Source: Rhina ancylostomus
Taxonomy: Eukaryota
NCBI GenBank assembly: GCA_030265395.1
Contig: JARFYF010000054.1
Location: 6,823,649-6,887,648, forward strand
Direction: 5' to 3'
Length of the DNA: 64,000 nt
The notes under the pieces are model-generated. The model did not search any database. It was not told the DNA's origin and saw only the letters and a list, made by a program, of their open reading frames with translations. Position numbers and translations under genes: made by a program. This document shows, piece after piece, positions 14,367 through 27,245 of the stretch (positions within the stretch are counted from its first letter, which is position 1; the number at the start of each line of letters is the position of its first letter).

Positions 14367-15321
14367 GTAAGCCTAAAAAATACTTTGATGGCTATAAATA
14401 TTTCATTGCAGCACAAAGGAACAGTCTACAGTCCCATGCACAATTTTATAATTGTCCATATAGCTCTCTTGTAATTGTTAAACCCAAAAACAGATCCACG
14501 CGCTCGTCTTTCTGATGAGCAAAGCAGTCAGTTATTTTTGTTGGTATATTAGTTCTGGCCATCTGGTTTAGTTACTTATCATTTTAACCATGCAATTCAA
14601 ATTTTCAGGATTAGCCCGTTAATTACCCAATACCTGTAATATCACCAGCTATAACACAACGTTGCATGATGATTGGTGCACTAAATTGCATTTCCTCATC
14701 AGAGAGAGAATGAATCCTCCCTTGACACTCAGTCTTCGATGCCCACCACATTGCAAGTAAATCCTTTTAACAACTGCACAAGTCAGAGGAGGGAAACCAC
14801 GTGGGCCTGGATGCAGGACACTTGTTTGCCTTCAAATGGAGGAGAAAGTTGAAAGATTCTTACTGGTTTGCAAACTCGCACAACTTAGCTTTGAAGTAAT
14901 TTGGAAATATACCAATCCATTTTAAACCAGCAAAAAAATGGTTAAGAATTGCATGCAATAATTCAAAGGCTATTAATCATGACAATGGCCAACATGAATT
15001 TTGAATATCTCAGCAACTTTTCCTTTCATTAGTATAGTCAATGCAAAATTTTTTAAGGTCATAGCCTATTCCCACTCCATGTTGCCTCAGTGTTCCCTCA
15101 GGCAGCCTTATTAATTCCATTTAGGGTAGTGCTGAAGGAAAGTAGAGTTTCACCTAACAGATTGTTATACACTGCTGTTTTTTTTAAGCCCTTCTAGGGA
15201 GCTAGATTTTGTTTGCTTTGCCATCCAGGTAATCCATGTAAATAAGCAGTATCTTTTCAAGTCTCTGTGTTTTGAATATTATTTTATTCCATTATATTGA
15301 TACTAATCTTAAATACAATGG

Positions 15322-15545
15322 AATTGCTGAAAATACAGAGCAGGTCAGGCAGTATTTATGGAGAGAGAAACAGGGCCGTGTCTCAATCTCGATGACCATT
15401 CAGAAGAATGGTTCTTATCAATGGTCATTGACCTGAAATGTTAACATTGTTTTTCTCTCTCCACCTGTGCAACCTGAGCTGCTGAATTTTTCCAACATTT
15501 TTTGTTTTTATTTCTAATTTCCAGCATCTGCAGGATTTTGCTTTT
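15322..15545. repeat. Penelope-derived fold-back element
   Basis: Left arm gcaggtcaggcagtatttatggagagagaaaca is imperfectly complementary to right arm tgtttttctctctccacctgtgcaacctgagctgc. Confidence 0.65.
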
Positions 15546-15967
15546 CGGTACAGCAGTACTTAGAATTGGAAAGTGTTTTCCAACCTAAAACTATTCATAT
15601 ATATTCATTTAATGATACCTTTAACTGGCAAGATGAAAATGGGAATTTGATCTGCCTTTAACTGTGGTCACTTATGTCCTCTATCTTCCATAAGATGCAT
15701 TCATTCTTGCCATGCAACTGGGGTCCAGAAGGCATGATGCAACATGCTGAGTATTCAGAGACTCCACTACCTGTGTTATTCAGAGATAGATTCCGGATAG
15801 ATTATTGTGATCAGTGAAATTAGAAAAAAAATCTGTAATTGTTAACTGCATTCTCTTGGGTAGAAGTGAAAGAGAAAAGTACAAATAAAAGCAATTTTAA
15901 TTTTAAGTTCCTGAAGAATAGTGGCTTGAATATATTGTGTTGACTTCATTTTTTAATTCTCCTTTAG

Positions 15968-16004
15968 TACTGCAATGGCGGTGACCTGGCAGATTATCTG
16001 CAAG
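15968..16004 (+). CDS. ULK2: ULK2 exon 5 (37 nt), YCNGGDLADYLQ
   Basis: ctcctttAG / GTaagt; hinge region typical of ULK1/2. Confidence 0.96.
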
Positions 16005-17449
16005 GTAAGTTGAAACGTTTTTGATTGTAAGTGGTTATGTATTAGTTCCTTTCTCTGGATGGTTTTCAAAGAATTACTGTTCTAAACTGTGATTCAGTGA
16101 TAGCTGCTGATCTCATCAAAGTGCCAGAAATAAATTCAACATTGTCCTGTTTGTACAATTGCTTGTATGATGAAATTTTGAAACTGATGTTAAAAACTTG
16201 AGAACATTAGGCGGTCGGTGATTTGAAATGTAGCATTTTCAATGTTATTAATAAAAACTCTTGATTTCGCTCCTGATTTTGGTCTCCTATTTGTAATTTA
16301 GTTTTGTTTATAAATCCGGGTTCTGTTTATTCTCTGACACCATTGGTGTCAAGATTCAGCACTATTCCCTAACTTTCCTGGGAGCAAGTAGAGGTCACCT
16401 ACATCAGGTGAATTCAACTTGGAGTCAGTTATACACTAAATTCACCTTATGCCAGAGTTAGTTGTTCAAAACATGATCTGTAAATTAATCTGAGTCTACA
16501 TCAGAAACGGCCTCTAGTGCAGTTTTTATGAACTTAGGAGGATAGAGAGAAAGTGCCCTAAAAATATTATATGTTGTAATTGTTTAACCAGTCATTGGTG
16601 CTCTGAAATATAATGTTAATAGCAAAGCATTCTTGAGAACTTTTTATGGATTTTGTTTGTGTTCTAGTCACAATATTGGGAAAACAAATGCCATGATACT
16701 GGAGTACAGTTATTCTTTAATGAATCTAAGTGACAACAGGGTAACTAAAACATGATGTTCAATTTTCCCCAAATCTTGAGCTAGAAAGTAACATCTTCAC
16801 TGGATTTATCTTCCTCTTCATAACTGATCCTGTGCATTAATCAAAATTGCATAATTATTAGGGCAGATTATTTTGCTGTTAATATGAATTCACTTGCTTT
16901 GGGGTTAAGTTGAACTGTGTATCATGCATCATTCTGTAGAGGTAAAGATGTCCTCTCTATAATATTGCATACTCCTTTCTATCAGTAGCATATCCTGCAG
17001 AATGGGAAACACATCTTCAGTCCTTCCATGCATTAAGCACACTCTTGTTGAAAATTACGCAGTGTGTGTGAAATCCCACATTATGTGTGAAAATGTTGGA
17101 AACATTGAACAAGTTATGCAGCACATATGAAAAGAATAGGAGATTTAATGTTTCAGATTTGTCTCCATCATTGAGCTTATTGTGATGAGTTGTTCCCGCT
17201 GAAAACATTAACATTCTGATCTTTCAATGGGTGATGGCTGACCTGAGTATCACTTATTTTAGTTTTAGATTTCTGACAATTGGAGTTTTTTTGTTTCTTT
17301 TGAGACTTCTATTTGTTTCAGTTGGGGTTAAGTGTTTACACTTCTGTAAGGGGCACTTAAGTCACACAGTGTCTTCAATAACAGATTTTTATGAGAACTC
17401 AGTATGAGAACTTAAATTTTGTATTAAAACTTTTTTTTATTTTAAATAG

Positions 17450-17623
17450 TCAAAGGAACACTTAGTGAAGACACAATTAGAATCTTCCTCCAGCAAATTG
17501 CAGCTGCGATGCGAATACTTCACAACAAGGGAATAATCCATCGCGATTTGAAACCACAGAATATTCTACTTTCTTATGTTAGCCGGAAAAAATCTAATAT
17601 GAATGGCATTCGTGTCAAAATAG
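17450..17623 (+). CDS. ULK2: ULK2 exon 6 (174 nt), [40 protein letters not shown]...RVKI
   Basis: aaatAG / GTaaag; catalytic loop HRDLKPQN. Confidence 0.97.
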
Positions 17624-19674
17624 GTAAAGTTCAAAGATTGTTGTCTTTTGCCAAGTTGCTTTGTGTAAAGGATATTTCACAGTACCTGGATAGGACATTG
17701 CTCTGTCCTGGTCATGTATGTTTAAGCAGAATATTTTGAATGGTTCCTTAACAGTTTTGCACAAGAATGTTCCAATTTTTTCCCCCAGAAGTGTTGAGCT
17801 GTTGGAAATCACCATGTTACCTGGAATCTTGCATTTTTTAAACCTCCGATTGCAACTAGTTGTGGTGCTATGCTTGGATTTTTATCCACTGTTGAGGAAC
17901 AGACCTTCCAAACTTTGAATAGGACTAAACAACTAACAAGGAATATGGAATCAAACTGTACTGAATTGCATGGGTTTCACAGGCAGAATTATTAGATTTG
18001 AGGGTCAAATATACTTGCAGTTATGGTGTCGGTGTTTCTAGCCTTGGGTGAAACTAGAATCTAGAGGTGTACTATCAAAATCCTGTGAGTTTGCTGCTGA
18101 CATTGAGTTAAAGTTGTTTTTTGAAAAGCATCTTGCAGTGTATCTCAAATGCCATGAAGCACTTTGGAAAGAAGTTGGTTATAGTAGTAGTGAGGTGCAA
18201 CACAGTTTGCCTCAATACCCCTGGCCCATGAATGAGAAAGAATAGACTGGAACCTTGCACCCGTTTGGTGGTCAGTGACTTTTGCTGGAAAGCATTTGGA
18301 TTATCTAGTGACTAGTAGGACTGCCTGGGTATGCTAGTCCAACAACTTTGTAACATTTGCTGTCTAGGGTCTCACTCATGACAAATGGTTCTTAGAAAAG
18401 TTGCTAATGCAGGCTCGCTGGCCCCCGTTAGCAGTCAGGACAATTAGGATAATGGACGCTTCTTTTTCAAAAAAATCACAAAATAAGAACAAATGTTTTG
18501 AAACTAGTTAATGCAAGTGTTGTAAGAATTTAATCCAAGACTACTCTCTCTGAGAAGTTGGCACAAACATTTTTATTATTTGTTCTTTGCTGCACCAGAC
18601 ATTCTGATGGAATGTTCCAAGAATTCATGAACAGGGCTGAGCAATTCCAAGCACATGTTATTTACAACTTTTGCTAAAAGTCAAGTGTGAAATTGTTGGG
18701 GGTATAAACACCCTGATGGAAAGAACACACTCATCCAGCAGTAAGCAATGTCATGCTCCACTTATGGCAATCATGTGATAAACAGAATAATTTGGTCCAT
18801 ACTGAATTAACTAAAACAAAACCCTAATTCGAGTTTCAGTTTAAACACAATTGCTGAAGAGACTCCCTTATCCTGTTGGAAGCTGTTGAACTGGTTTTGC
18901 ATATGCAGTATTTTCTGTTTTTATTCATATTCAGTTTTTTTTATCTGGCTTGATGGTGTTTATTTTCTGGCTTTGTCAGGACTGATTTCTTGAAAGGGTA
19001 ATGGCTTCTGAACCATTTTGAATAAAGCTGTTTTAAATGTATAATGTTGTTGTTCCTTCATTTTACAAACTGTTGTAAAGATCTTTTTTATATCCTTTTT
19101 GTGTATTTGTTCATATTTCTAACCTTTTTGAAGTGCAGGTGTATAGTATTAACTGATATGCTTGTAACAGTCCAGCCATTGTACGTCCATTCTAATTATG
19201 TTTATACTTGCAGTGCATTTAAGAAAGTGCATCTTTTATTGCAGTTTCTTGAATACTAACATCTTCAGTTCCTGAAAAAGCCCTATTGCGCACATATTTT
19301 TCTTTTGAAATCCCACCTTATGGTATTGCTGTTCCTCAGTTATTTTGGTGACAACTGTTACAGTATGCTTTGTTTCAGAACTTCCTCATTGCCAACCACT
19401 ATATATGGAGGCATCTTTAAGCTATGTGCCCAATGACTGCCACAGGTCAATTGGTCCATGCCAACTAAGATGTCCCATTTGCCCACGTTTGGCCCATATC
19501 ATTTCTAAACCCTTTCTACCCATATACCTGTCCGACTGTCTTTTAAAAGTTTATTATTAAAGGTGAATGCATAAGACACTGCACTTCAAACTAATTTGCT
19601 GTATGTGAAGGGTATTAAGACACAATGAGATTCTATACAACTGCATGTCTTTCATTCAGATTTGTTTTTAATAA

Positions 19675-19866
<192 letters not shown>

Positions 19867-20182
19867 TGAAAATGTTGCACATCTCATGTAGCAATTTGTA
19901 TTTATGAGCAATTCTGTGCTGTGCTTGCATATATTAACGAACCTTCCCATCCCCTTTAGGTGGCAAGGAATCTGTAAGAAATTGTTAATGCACTCCTTGC
20001 ATATCCTTGCTTGTATTGTTCCAGGTGTACTGAGTTAAGCATCGTGATATAGTTCAAAAGATTATTCATTGAAGCAAATCTTGTGTAATGTTTCTCTTGG
20101 GCAGTAGGGAATTATAAAAATGACAGAAGTGTTGAGTGTATGAATTGGCCAGTTTATTGCAGGTGAACCTGGCCACTTATTG

Positions 20183-20742
20183 AACATACAAAGAAGCAGC
20201 AGGAGTAAACCATGTGGCCTTTTGGTCGTGCTCTTCCATTCAGTAAGATTATGACTAATCCTGTGCATGGGGTTCATTTTGTCACTGATCTTCAAATACC
20301 TTGACATATTTTTGGACATGAGGTAATCAATCAGCCTTGAATGTACTCGGCAACTGAACATTCACAGACCTCTTGGATGGAATTCTAAAGAATTACAACA
20401 CCCTGAGTAAAGAAATTTTGCCTCATCCCTGTCCTGAATGGCTGACCTGTGATCCTCTGATTACTCCAGATTCTCCAGCCTAAATAAACCGGGCATTTAT
20501 CCTGTCAGTATTTCTTAAAATCTTGAAAGACTTGGGTGGATCTCTCAACTTTCTAAACTCAAGTGAATATAAGCCAATCCTGCTCAACTGCTCCTCCTGG
20601 ATTAACTCACTCAGCTCTGGAATCGATCCATTGAATCTGTGCTGCATTGACTTGAAGGCAGATGTTTGATTTGGAAATTGAAATTGCACTTGGTAGTACC
20701 AGCTGTGGTCTCGTGTCTATGACATTAGAGCAAAGACTCCCT
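20183..20742 (-). mobile_element. CR1 LINE fragment (3' part, interrupted by a Penelope element)
   Basis: EEQLSRIGLYSLEFRKLRD on the minus strand; 3' UTR gcaggagtaaaccatgtggcct. Confidence 0.75.
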
Positions 20743-20759
20743 TGAAGGGAGGTATAATA

Positions 20760-22135
20760 TGCTAGTGCTGGCAGTACTTAGCAGCTCAGACGTCATCTAT
20801 TGCAAGAGAATGAGTTAATGTTTTGATGACTGATCTTTCATTAGAAATGCAGAAAGATTAAGAAATAAGGTTAGAATTTTGTTTCTCACCTTGTTTCTTA
20901 ATATTTTTGCATATCTGTTGAATTCAGCAAATCTGCAAGGTTACGATAAACCTAATCAAAACGCAAGCTGTTGTTCCTGGAGCCTACTTTGAGCTTTGTG
21001 GGCAAGAGTATAGGAGGTCAGCATGGGTTATAGAATTAAAGTGAGAGGCACCTGGATAAAGACTTGCATTCCAAATGAAGGTGTTCTGCCAACAGTCACC
21101 CAATCTGCATCTGCATCTCCTCAATGGAGAGGAGCCTGTATTGTGAGCGCCAAATGAAGAATACTAAATTAAGAGTACAAATAAAAGGATAGATGTTGCA
21201 ATTCCCACAGTAACATTGGAGGATGCAGCTGAGTAGAGATGGAACAGTGTAACAGAGGGGACACCAGGTGGGGAAGCAATCCCTTCAGAATGCTGAAAGT
21301 GGAGAGGCTGGTGGTGGCATTATGTTGAAGTTCTTGTTAATTTACAGAGGGTGACCCATTGAATATATAGGTTAGTGTGTAGGAAGGTGAGAATAATGGG
21401 CAACCAAACCTTACATGATGAGCAGAGAGGAGGCAAGAGTGGCATTGCAGGGGATGGAACGAATGGGATTAAAAGAACAGTTAAATATAGTGGAGGGGAA
21501 ACTACATTTGAGAACTTATTGTGACTTGGTGTGAAAGGTGGCCTTGTCAGAATAGATAGGATGGAACTGTAGAAACTTGGACAACAGAATGGAGTCCTCA
21601 CAGAAGACAGCCTGGGAGGAAGTGTCTTCGTATAGCTGTAGGAGTCTGTGAGTTTGCAGTATATATTGGTCACATCATAGCCCTAAAATGGAATTGAATT
21701 CACTAAAGTGGAGGGAAGATGTGGAAAGTGAGAGCACTGTTGTAGAAATTTAAATGACTCTTTCACATCAATAATTAATGCTGTGATCACAAGGTGATGA
21801 ACCATTCAAGTTCTGTGGTGTGGTGAGGGGGTTGGGAGGGGTAGTGTAGAGAAGGCAGCACTGATATGGTCATCGATATTCCTGAAAAAGAGATGAGGGT
21901 GGGGGGCCTGAGTAGGGCTGATACAAGGAATGTTCCACATATCCCGTAAAGTAACACTTTGAACCCTGCAGGTTTCTTAGCTACCCCTTTTATCTAGAAG
22001 AAATGAGCAGGAATTAAAGGGTTAAGTTTTCATTGCGAGAACAAGTTCAGCGACACTGAGCATGGTAGTGAAAGGGAACAGGTTGGGTCTCTGTTTAAGG
22101 AAAAAGTGACAAACCCCAAGTCCATTCTGGTGGGC
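20760..22135 (-). mobile_element. decayed Penelope-like element (RT + GIY-YIG remnants + terminal repeat)
   Basis: TNIYCKLTDSYSY resembles PLE TDIYYKPTDSHSY. The 21090-21170 segment resembles the GIY-YIG stretch IGET...LGD..AEHL. AELVL and YIDD-like segments lie at about 21870-22055. Confidence 0.75.
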
Positions 22136-22139
22136 TGAG

Positions 22140-22845
22140 TTGTATTTGCTTTTTGTTTACTTGTATGATTCCTTTATTGAGATCTCTTTGCACACCCACA
22201 TTTCCTATTTAATTCCTTCATTGTAAAATCTGTTTTCTAATGTTCCTAATCTCATGTTTTACAACTTTATATTCCATCTTCCTTTTTTTGCCCACTTGCT
22301 TAACATGCCTGTGCCTCTTTACAGTCTCTTTGCTTGCTCCTCACAACTTATTTTGGCACCAGGCTTTGTATCATCAGCAAACTTTGCATTTAAGTGATTA
22401 GTTCAGATTCTGAATTAATGAGGGCCTTAGTAACAGCTTGCCAATGTGAATAAGACTATTGTAGTCCCCTCTCAGTTCTTCAACCAATCTCTCTTTCCTT
22501 TTAATATTTTCTATTTTGTGTAATAAGTCTTTTGTGAGGTACCTAATGTCTTTTAACATCCAGGAACAGAACAATTAGTTCCAATTTATCTTCCGTCTTA
22601 ATTACATTCTTAAAAAAACTTACATTTGTCAACCACAACTTCCTCTTGTTTGAAATAGTGATATGATTTTCCTAAGCATTATATCCTTAATAGGTTCCAG
22701 CATATTGCCAACTGAAATCAGGCAAACTTGTAAACAGATCCCTGCTTTCTCTTTCTCTACTTGCTTGAAAAGTAGTGCTACATTTTCTAACTTCAGATCT
22801 ACTGGGACTGTTCCAGAATCTGGAGAATGATGGAAGAATCTTTTT
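22140..22845 (-). mobile_element. CR1 LINE fragment (continuation of 20183-20742)
   Basis: ctttgtatcatcagcaaact is FADDTK on the minus strand; actgggactgttccagaatctggagaat is an upstream RT segment. Confidence 0.7.
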
Positions 22846-23106
22846 ATCTGATAAGCATGTGATGATGCAAGGTGGAACTGATGATAAGAAAATAAAAGAG
22901 AAATCTATATGAATCCTTCAACATGAAGAACATTTAATTATGTATTGGTGACATGAAAGTAATTTTAGATTGGAAAATATACCCTACCTGGTGCAAGTTT
23001 TTTTGGGAGTTTATTGGAATCCATAATAGAAGTTAAATTGGGAACTGTAATAAGGTTTAAGAACTCATGCTTCTTTGGTACTATTAATAATCTTTTTTTG
23101 TTTCAG

Positions 23107-23208
23107 GCGCCTGAGGTTATCATGTCACAACATTATGATGCCAAGGCAGACCTCTGGAGTATAGGCACTGTGATATTTCAGTGCCTTGTTGGCAAGCCTC
23201 CTTTCCAG
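23107..23208 (+). CDS. ULK2: ULK2 exon 8 (102 nt), [34 protein letters not shown]
   Basis: tttcAG / GTagac; APE motif and alpha-F helix. Confidence 0.97.
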
Positions 23209-24092
23209 GTAGACATTGAGAAGAAGATACTTTAATGGGTTATACCTTTTAACTGATCTAGACAGTTTTTAAGTGGCCTGGTAATTAGTGGAAAGCCTAC
23301 TAGAAATCCTATTATCTGGCAGATATTTTGGGGATACTGGAAATTGGACAACCTTTTATATCTGTATAATGGGGAGAAAGAAAAAATATACAAGTGTAGA
23401 AAAGTTATTTAATAATTTTTAAAAGTGGCTTATCATATTTGCACAATGCTGTGGCTGAGAGGAATGGGTCACTACAGTGCAATTGGTAAACATTAAACTA
23501 AATGTGACTGTTACCATGCTGCCAGTTAAGCAAATTAATCTCAAGTTTTTGGCAGTAAGGCTTGCTCAACTGCAAAATACTGATACGAGTTGAGCACCTC
23601 CCTGACGGGATGCAGATATTCTCGGAGTGAGAAATGCAAGTAGCAGAAGCAGCAGCAGAAGTACTAGGGTTAGTGAGGTGGGTTGGGGTGCAGGTACCGA
23701 TACTATCCTGATGGACAGTAGCTGGAATGGAACATTTAATATCTCATGGGACTAGTCAAAATGCTTTACAGACATTGGATCAAGTTTTGAAATTGTCATG
23801 TGCACAGGAAAAAAGAAGAAAGAAAAATAATGAACTTTTTAGAAACTTTTGCACATTTCTTCAGGATAAAGCTAATTAACATACACTTATTATGACATCA
23901 GAAGTGGGTCATGTATCCACATTAATGAGTGTAGCCACCTGTACAATATTTGTTCAACTGATCAGTGTTTTAGAATATAGAATTGGAAATATCTGGCAAT
24001 ATAACAATCATCAGGTCAATTTCTTCATGTTATTGCTCTCTTGAATAATTAAGTCAGAATTTACTTCTGAAATTTAAATCTCTGTCTTGCAG

Positions 24093-24151
24093 GCAAACAG
24101 CCCACAGGATTTAAGGCTGTTCTATGAGAAGAACAAGAGTCTGGTCCCCAA
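24093..24151 (+). CDS. ULK2: ULK2 exon 9 (59 nt), ANSPQDLRLFYEKNKSLVP
   Basis: cttgcAG / GTgagt; phase fits both neighbours. Confidence 0.95.
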
Positions 24152-25661
24152 GTGAGTGGCTGCCACCTTATCTTTCCTCTAAAAGTAGCTTAAAAAAGAA
24201 ATTTAACCCAGGTGCTAGTGACATGCAGTCTTTTTCCACAAATGCAAATAGAGAGCAGGAAAAGTTGTACATCATAGAATAGGGCTATTTGGAAAATATA
24301 TGGCCTCAGCTCTGGTTTTGTTTTAACAATGAGACATTGAGCAATTTTCTGTCAGTGGTTTTAGAACAGTTGTCTGCAGGATTGTTCACAGAACCTAAAT
24401 GAACAGAAGATATTGATCTGCATTTTGTATCCAGTTGCAAATCACCAGTGCTCACCACTGACCTTCAGAAATCCTTCCAACACAGGTCCAGCAATCACCT
24501 GTAGTTGATGCCTGATGCTGTGAGGATTCAGTTCATCAGTATCCCGACAATAAGCAGCATTGATGTCAGCAAGNNNNNNNNNNNNNNNNNNNNNNNNNNN
24601 NNNNNNNNNNNNNNNNNNNNNNNNNNNCATTTTTTAAATAGTTTAAACATTTTGCAGAATGCCAAACATGAGATTGTGGTAGCAGTTGCAATAAAGACTT
24701 TTTGCAAGAAATATATTTTAAGGTAAAATATTAACTTTGAAACATTTAGTATATACACACAAAACAACCTTTTCAGTGTATTTTACAAAAGGAATATGTG
24801 AAATTACTCAGTTTGCTGATTTCTCAGGATTATACTGGAAAAGGCTTCACAACAGTTACCATGTGGATCAGCTGGAAATCACTGACCAAGACCTTTAGTT
24901 TTCTGTGCTTAAGCTGGCCTGTGACACTCCAGCAATTGCTGCAGTGATGGGGAAACCAATAGTTTTGTTGTTATCACAATAAAACTGTGGGCCATAATTC
25001 CTCATGTTATAAAGCAGTCAAAAGTGAAAGATCATGCATTAATCTACATATATGAGGCAGACTTTCTGGTGTCCATATTTTCAGAGGTTGTGGCAATTTT
25101 GATCACTAATCAATGAATTCGGAATTGCCTTCTTGTTTATTCACTGATGAGCACTATACTGTCATCATTTACCCTTTGATTTATTATCCTTTTTGTGTAA
25201 GCTACTTCTTTGAACTTATCCAATTCTCTAACTCCAAGAGACTTCCATTTTCAACGTGGTCGTTATTGAAGAAGCAGACTGTAAGCTCTCCTACAGCTTC
25301 AATATTGTGCCCTAACCTTCATCTGAGAAGCACGGTCAAGGCTGCAACACTTGTTTTTCCAGTTTCTCATATCATCCACCCTTAAAATCTTTCTAAGTGA
25401 GTTTAATTTGAAAGAAATTGTGTTTAGTTCTTTGCTGTAAAACCAGACTTCCTGCACGCTACATAAAACTATTAAATCCAAGAGCAGATGATTGACTCTC
25501 ATCAGCCTTTAATGATCCATTTAACTGGAGAATATTGAATAGTTGCACGTGCTAATGGCCATTCTGAAGACTTGATAGTGCAAATAGTCAATAATTATTA
25601 TCCAGGTATGTGGTGTGCTGAGCTTCAATTAGAGCATTAGTTTGCCCCACTACTATAGATA

Positions 25662-25966
25662 GGGCAGGCATGGTAGTGTAGCAGTTAGAGCAACGCTATT
25701 ACAGCACCAGCGACCCGGGTTCAATTCCGGCTGCTGTCTGTGAGGAGTTTGTACATTCTCCTCATGTCTGCGTGGGTTTCCTCCGGGTGCTCCAGTTTCC
25801 TCCCACATTCCAAAGACGTACGGGTTAGGAAGTTGTGGGNNNNNNNNNNNNNNNNNNNNNNNNNNNNNNNNNNNNNNNNNNNNNNNNNNNNNNNNNNNNN
25901 NNNNNNNNNNNNNNNNNNNNNNACTGTGTGTTTCGATGTACATGTGACTAATAAAGATACCTTATA
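25662..25966 (+). mobile_element. young tRNA-derived V-domain SINE (contains a gap)
   Basis: A-box-like tggtagtgtagcagttag, B box ggttcaattcc, V-domain gtgggtttcctccgggtgctcc, tail tttcgatgtacatgtgactaataaa. Confidence 0.88.
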
Positions 25967-26044
25967 TTAAAGCCTTCCCATGCTTGATCTTTTTTTAAAT
26001 CTGGCCTTGCATTATTTTTTCTGTTTGTTTTCTATTGGTGACAG

Positions 26045-26127
26045 TATCCCTGGTGAAACTTCTACTCATCTGGGTGGGCTACTACTCGGCTTGCTTCAGA
26101 GAAACCAGAAGGACAGAATGGATTTTG
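26045..26127 (+). CDS. ULK2: ULK2 exon 10 (83 nt), [27 protein letters not shown]
   Basis: tgacAG / GTgagt; kinase C-lobe. Confidence 0.95.
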
Positions 26128-26279
26128 GTGAGTTGTTAGTTTCCACTTTATTCATGTATTATTATAACTGTAGTGTTTTGGATTCGCCAGATCTCAAGCC
26201 AATTTGTCAGTTTCTGTATTTTGTCTTTGTATAAAAACTACCTGCTTCCAATCCATAATAGTGACTTCAACTCATCTGA

Positions 26280-26700
26280 TGTTGAAGCCCTCATTTATGC
26301 CATTGTTATGTGTAGACTCAACTATTCTAATTCCTCCTAAAGGTCCTCTAACTTGTGCCTTCTGTAAATTTGAACTCCTTCAAAACTCTGCCACCCTTAT
26401 TGCAACTCAGGCCAAATTAGTTCACTGATCATTCTTGGTCTATTGATGTCTTCAATTTAATATTCTCAACTTCGTTTTCAAACTTCTCCTCAATCTTAAA
26501 GCTATTTCTATCTATTATCTTCTCCAACTTTACAATCCTCCAGGGTCTTTGAGTTCCTGCAATTCTACACTTCTTCATCTTCAGTTGACTTCACCTCACA
26601 GTGGAGACCATGCCGTCAGCTGTCTAAACTACAAGCTCTGGGTATTCCCTCAAACTTCTCAGCTTCTCCAACTCCTTTGAAGACTTTAGAGGCCACCTGT
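26280..26700 (+). mobile_element. decayed L2-type LINE 3' region
   Basis: agactcaactattctaattc...caaaactctgcc...gccgtcagctgtcta...ctctgg pattern typical of L2 ORF2 ends. Confidence 0.55.
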
Positions 26701-26753
26701 TGTCTGAAACTTTGTTAACAAGCATTTTTTAGTTTAATAAAGCTTCCCAAAGT

Positions 26754-26830
26754 ACTGTGTGTTTCGATGTACATGTGACTAATAAAGATACCTTATATTA
26801 AAGCCTTCCCATGCTTGATCTTTTTTTAAA
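26754..26830 (+). repeat. exact 77-bp direct repeat of 25923-25999 (both contig ends)
   Basis: Base-by-base identical; each copy abuts an N gap. Confidence 0.95.
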
Positions 26831-26893
26831 NNNNNNNNNNNNNNNNNNNNNNNNNNNNNNNNNNNNNNNNNNNNNNNNNNNNNNNNNNNNNNN

Positions 26894-26954
26894 AATGACA
26901 GAATGGACACAGAACTGACCATGCAGGGTGCACAAACTTTTGCATGCCACTGTA
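26894..26954. mobile_element. Tc1/mariner transposon right end (TIR + TA)
   Basis: gggtgcacaaacttttgcatgccactg-TA; the reverse complement TA-CAGTGGCATGCAAAAGTTTG is a Tc1-type TIR. Confidence 0.75.
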
Positions 26955-27100
26955 GTTGTTTGGAAGAAAGAGTTTTTCACCCACGTTCAGTCTTTTTCTC
27001 CAGTCTTGAGATACGATAAGCCCACCTGCACACTTACTGCATGTATGTCAACTTATTTGCAAGCGAAATTGGGCACTGTGCAGTGGAACCTGCCTGCACG

Positions 27101-27245
27101 AATAATAATATTGCTTTCTATAAGTCAATGTCTCTAGTTATCAATATTGGAGCTTAGTCTCCAATATTACCAGTATCCAATATTGAGACTAAGCTTCAAT
27201 ATTGATAACTAGAGACATTGACTTATAGAAAGCAATATTATTATT
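27101..27245. repeat. 145-bp near-perfect palindrome
   Basis: Arms 27101-27168 and 27179-27245 are reverse complements with one mismatch and one 1-nt indel; 10-nt spacer. Confidence 0.95.
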
